From Klebsormidium nitens (Eukaryota > Plantae > Klebsormidiophyceae): DNA of 64,000 nucleotides. Positions within the stretch are counted from its first letter, which is position 1; every line of letters starts with the position of its first letter. Made by a program: the position numbers and the translations under genes. Below, piece by piece: positions 59,626 through 64,000 of the stretch. Where the stretch lies: positions 62,001-126,000 of the forward strand of contig DF237124.1 in NCBI GenBank assembly GCA_000708835.1, given 5' to 3'. The notes under the pieces were generated by a model that was not told the origin of the DNA, made no database searches, and saw only the letters and a list, made by a program, of their open reading frames with translations.

Positions 59626-62600
59626 ATGGCAACCGCATGCGTTTCAACGCGCCTTGCGTCCCTGCAGCTCGGCCTTTCCAAGGTCGAGCAGTCGCAATGT
59701 GTTCAGTCAACTGGCTTTCGTGTTGTGCCAGCCAAAAGCAGGAAGAATGTAGTGGCTGCAAGTCAAATTGGGCGGAACGCGCTTCTGGGGGCTGGCCCGA
59801 TTGGACAATCCATGCTGTTCGACCCAATTGGACGGCAGCATGTCAGGAGTGGTTTGAAGCAGGGACGCTCGAGGGTGCAGATGGAGGCAGTTGTTTCGGA
59901 AGCAGCTTCTCTTCCAGACCCTGGAGTCCCTTCAGCGTATGCCGTCATTGCCCAATGCTCTGTTTCAGGGGATTCTTGGCAAGACCATAAAGGTCTTGCT
60001 TTTGGAACTGTAGTCTCAATGCAGATGGACTCTGATTCCTTTACCAACCATCCTATGTTAGGCAATGATGGCAGCCGAATGGCGGGGTAGACTTGGTCTT
60101 CCTGACTATAGTGTCAATGTGCCTAGCTCACATGCTGTCACATCATGAGGACTTCCGTTGTTGCCAAATTGTGGCAAGTACCAGGTACATTGATGTTCAG
60201 AACTTACTTGACTCAGAAAAAGTTCAGCGCTGTTTGGGGCATCATATGAGTGAGCAACTTGTTGACTGCAGGAATCTACGCTGGATCACCGCAAAACTTA
60301 GCCATCTGACATTGCGACTGCATTTCGCTAGCCATCCAGCTAACGAATCAGCGTAATCAGCTCGGAATGCATTTCAACTTCGTTGCTGCTAAGGGTATAT
60401 TTCTTGAACAATCTTGCACGCTTTGATTGCAGGCCTGCTGAGACGCCGCCTCTTGAACTAGGGTTGTATTTCATCCTCTGGTAAGTGAAGCATCCACAAT
60501 GCTGTGGAAAGTTAGCAGCAATGTCTCTGTGTGGAGTGTCGCAATCGCCGTTACATGACCGTCTGCCATACTAGATCTGTTGCGAGTCCACCATTAAGAG
60601 ACAGAACGAGCACAAGTAGTGGATCAGAGCACTTCTCCCAGCCATAGGAGCGCTGCAAAGAGAAGGCGCCTGATTTGTCTTGTCCATTCTCCCTGATTTC
60701 ACTTCTAAGAATTGTCTGCCAAACATGTGCAGGTACATTCTAAATGTGTTCTTTAACATCCTCAACAAGCAGCTCTATGGCTACTTCCCGTTCCCCTGGT
60801 GAGCAATGGTACATCTTGGTGTCTGCATCCAGACACTACGTTTTGAAAGCTTCCTTGACTTTAAGTAGCAGGTTTCAACAGTGGTAAACCCAGTGTCTCG
60901 CACTTGGAGCCTTTTACCTTCTAGGACTGTTTGGTTCAATAGCAGTATCTTTTACTCCACCTTCCTGACTGGGGAGAACCTGTCAAATTCACAAATGTAG
61001 CTGGTCAAGAGGAGAAGGCGTTGTGATGCATCTGTTATCGCGCAGGTTTGTGTCAACCGTTCACCTTGCGGTTGGCGTCCTGTACTGCACAATCGCTTGG
61101 GGTTTGAACATGCCAAAGAGGGTGGTGAGTTTGCGCCTCTGCTCCTTTACGGACCTCTCATAGTCCCTTGTGAAAACCTCATAGGAATGCTTTCAAACAA
61201 GGCGTCCGGTGGTAGCTGGGGCGTCAAAGATGACGAGACTGTGTATGTCAAGTGCAACATAGTAAAAGGCACTCTTGTGGAATACATGATGTGGACAAAC
61301 TCCCACATGACGTGCCCGACAGCACCCGAAATCTACTCTACCTTGTTATCGTGTGCCGCTTCACCATCCAGATATTTTATTTTATTGAAGTTGTTGGTCC
61401 TGTCTTTCCCAGGAACTCAGCGGGGATGAGATCAAGGCGCTGGTCCCCATCTCTGCAGCACATGCTTTTGGTCATCTCATGACGAATGTCTCCTTCGCCT
61501 CCGTGGCCGTCTCCTTCACCCACACCATCAAAGGTGAGTCCTTGGAACGAGCTTGTGGTAGTCAGCTGTCTTGCAAAGGTTCCGGAAAGATCATTCTGAC
61601 TGCCAATGCAAATGTGTGATTGGGCCATGGTTTGAAGTATCCTGTCTTCTGCCTTCTGACTGGTTGTCATTCCGGGCTACGCAATGGTTGCGTAGTGTGT
61701 AGCCCAGAGCGCGGTTGAGAAGGAGAAGGAGGTCTAAATCAGATGGGCGATTTGCGGTGACAAGCTTGCAGACGCTGTCTCTGTGTAGTCTGCTTCCATT
61801 TCGTTAATTCATTCATTGAGCTTCTCACCCACTTTCCTCTACCATCTGCCAGCCCTGGAGCCCTTCTTCTCTGCCGTTGGGCAGTACCTCGTCTTTGGCG
61901 AGACCATCTCGCTCCCACTGCTCTTGTCTCTGCTCCCCATTGTTGGAGGTGAGCGGATATTCTGGTGCAAACTAGATTGGCAAGCCGTTGGAATGGACGC
62001 ATAGGCTACAAATTGGATTTGATCGTTGCTATGTCAGAGCGTGAAGCAGCAAGGGATCAAGCAGTTTGCCTCGTTTACATTGGATTGCACAGCAAGACAT
62101 GAAGAACGGCATAACCTTCTTTTCATGGCGTGAAACAGGACAAAGATTGGGTAATCATTTGCTATGTCTGGCACTGTCTAAGTTCAATAGCAGGAGCACA
62201 TAGTGCTACTTTCCCTATCCCCAGGTGTTTCTGCGGCATCTATGACCGAGCTATCGTTCAACTGGACGGGTTTCACCGGGGCAATGATTGCCAATTTGTT
62301 GTTCACATACCGCAATCTGATAGGCAAGAAGGCGATGGTAAGCAGTAAAGCCAACAGCCGCGCGTATTGCTTGTTTTGCTCGACTGCTTCGCTGTCGGCT
62401 GTTTGCGTCGTAACTCTCAGGATACGTCTAACTTTGCATCAGTCTAACAGCGCTTGTCATAAGACGTCTCTGCGATTCTGCTCTCTTGGTATAGCATTGA
62501 AGAGACAGGTCCTTCGTGAAGTCTCAACGCTAAGGTCGTCGTTTAGTGTCGAACTTGGAGGATCTGCAAAGACTGTTGAACCCTTTTCTCTCTTCAGTCC

Positions 62601-64000
62601 TGTCGAGGCCTTGTCAGCTGAACACACGGCCACCCAGATACTGACGTGCAGTGCGTTTTCTCTTTGCAGATCAAGAAGCTAGACAGCACCAACCTGTATG
62701 CATATATTTCCATCATCGCACTTTGCTTCTGCATACCCGCAACATTTGTCGTAAGTTCATCTTTCTCCGTTGAAGTCAGTCGTCGTGTCTTCTTCTGGAC
62801 GTGAATTGTATGGGGACATCCGTCTGTTTAATCCGTTATTTTAGGAGACGAGAAGCGGTCCCCCTTCTTTTCTTCTAGGTACATCATTAAGTTGGAGACA
62901 GGTGCCGTTTAATCTTCAGTATTGGACCTGACCTACGTATTCTGCAAAATGTCTCGAGTTGGAGAAGGGTACTGCTTCAAACTCAGCCATGATATCGACC
63001 CTACTTCTGCGACGAGAAACGATGAGTTCTAGCCCAGGTTCGTAACGTGAAGGCCTTGTAAGAAAGTCTCGCGTGTGTCACTTCAGGTTGTTCAAGAGAC
63101 GAGATCAAGCTACGCGGCTGGGCTCCCTTCAAGATCGAGGAGTTTGTCCAACTCTAGAGAACGATCAGATTCTGCCATGTTCGAAAGCGAACCGTTCGCA
63201 CTAAGACGAGGTTGAGCTATCTGGCTGAGGATGCCCGTGTTTCGACCCGTGCAGATGGAGGGCAAGGTGCTCATTCCCGGCATCAAGGCCGCCGTCTCCA
63301 AGGTCGGCGCTCGGAAGTTCGTCCAGGATCTGCTCCTGGTCGGGTTCTTCTACCACACGTATAACCAGGTGCGGTGAATGTCGGTTGCGACCAGTCATTT
63401 ATTTGCAGTGTGGATAAATAAGTCGGTTTTATGCCAGGTTGTTAGCTGCCGGTAGAGGGGCAAAAGGAGGCCTTGGCCGCGACCTGCGAAGCTGCTGGAC
63501 TGGGCTGGCGTCTCGCAGAAGCTCGCGTCTGTTAATTATCAATAGTTTCTACGAGGCCTGGATTGCAGACAGGACTCTGGAATAAGAACGATCCTGAACG
63601 TTAGCAATCAACTGTGCGCCTTGAGGTTGTGCGGATTATGACATTTCCTCCGTGACAGCAGATTCAGGTCCCTCATTCTGTTCTTGTTGTTCAGGTGCAA
63701 TTCAACTGTCTAGAGAAGGTCAACCCCGTCACGCACGCCGTGGGCAACGTCGCCAAGCGAATCTTCGTCATCGGTTTCTCGCTCCTCGTTTTCAGTGAGC
63801 ACTCACGTCGCTTCTTATATGGCTATCAGGCTCCAAATTGTCTGTTCGGATTCCGTTTCATGATTCGACACTGCGGGTAGGATTTTGATTTCACTTGCTG
63901 TAACACGATCATAACAAAAACTTGCAACGAGCACACCCAAGTCACGTTTGTCAGGTTGACTTCTCAGATATGACGTTCTGGAATTTGAGTGTACTGGACT
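59626..64000 (+). CDS. TPT: Plastid triose-phosphate/phosphate translocator precursor; truncated by the window end (last visible exon ends ~63795)
   Basis: Transit-peptide-like N-terminus. Exons encode [100 protein letters not shown] and YHTYNQ...[17 protein letters not shown]. The substrate-binding H, K, Y, KR and the TPT-type FTYR Phe are retained. Confidence 0.93.

Noticed and set aside
1577-63880. Many 100-270 aa ORFs in the supplied track (e.g. 6357-6737 +, 7396-7803 +, 34077-34550 -, 43510-44235 +, 52551-53012 +)
   Set aside because: They are antisense or off-frame shadows of GC-rich exons, or intron read-through, and show no family motifs.
18468-64000. Four transporters (TST, PDR, ABCD, TPT) plus a GT and an oxygenase as a possible biosynthetic or export gene cluster
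   Set aside because: There is no scaffold enzyme. The products act in different compartments (vacuole, plasma membrane, peroxisome, plastid), and JMJD4 is a housekeeping eRF1 hydroxylase family. Chance neighbourhood is the simpler explanation.

Overview
Eukaryotic nuclear DNA with GT-AG introns, GC-rich exons and about one gene per 6 kb. The proteins are most like land-plant orthologues and the genes are intron-rich, so a streptophyte (charophyte) alga such as Klebsormidium is my inference, not something verified. By joining exons by hand I can support ten protein-coding genes, one tRNA and one partial terminal exon. In order: an unidentified 3' exon (+), auxilin-like J-protein (-), DnaJ-domain protein (-), mitoribosomal mL41 (+), lipoate-protein ligase LPLA-like (-), tRNA-Gln(CUG) (-), TST/TMT-like sugar transporter (-), 24-exon full-size ABCG/PDR transporter (+), nearly intronless GT34-like glycosyltransferase (-), JMJD4-like JmjC oxygenase (+), half-size ABCD transporter (-), and plastid triose-phosphate translocator (+, running off the end). 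I found no CRISPR, prophage, transposase or clear biosynthetic cluster, and no novel multi-gene system that I can support. The best leads are non-coding. (1) Four separate tandem duplications of a 3' splice acceptor plus exon start, including a triplicated one at the PDR NBD2 D-loop that could give a truncated isoform. (2) A dense cluster of SBP/SPL-type CCGTAC/GTACGG sites upstream of the PDR gene. (3) A TA-flanked MITE-like element with a G-quadruplex-like core. (4) The near-intronless GT34-like gene, a retrogene or HGT candidate. (5) A GC-AG intron directly after a JmjC iron-ligand codon. All counts were made by eye, and exon coordinates may be off by a few bases.
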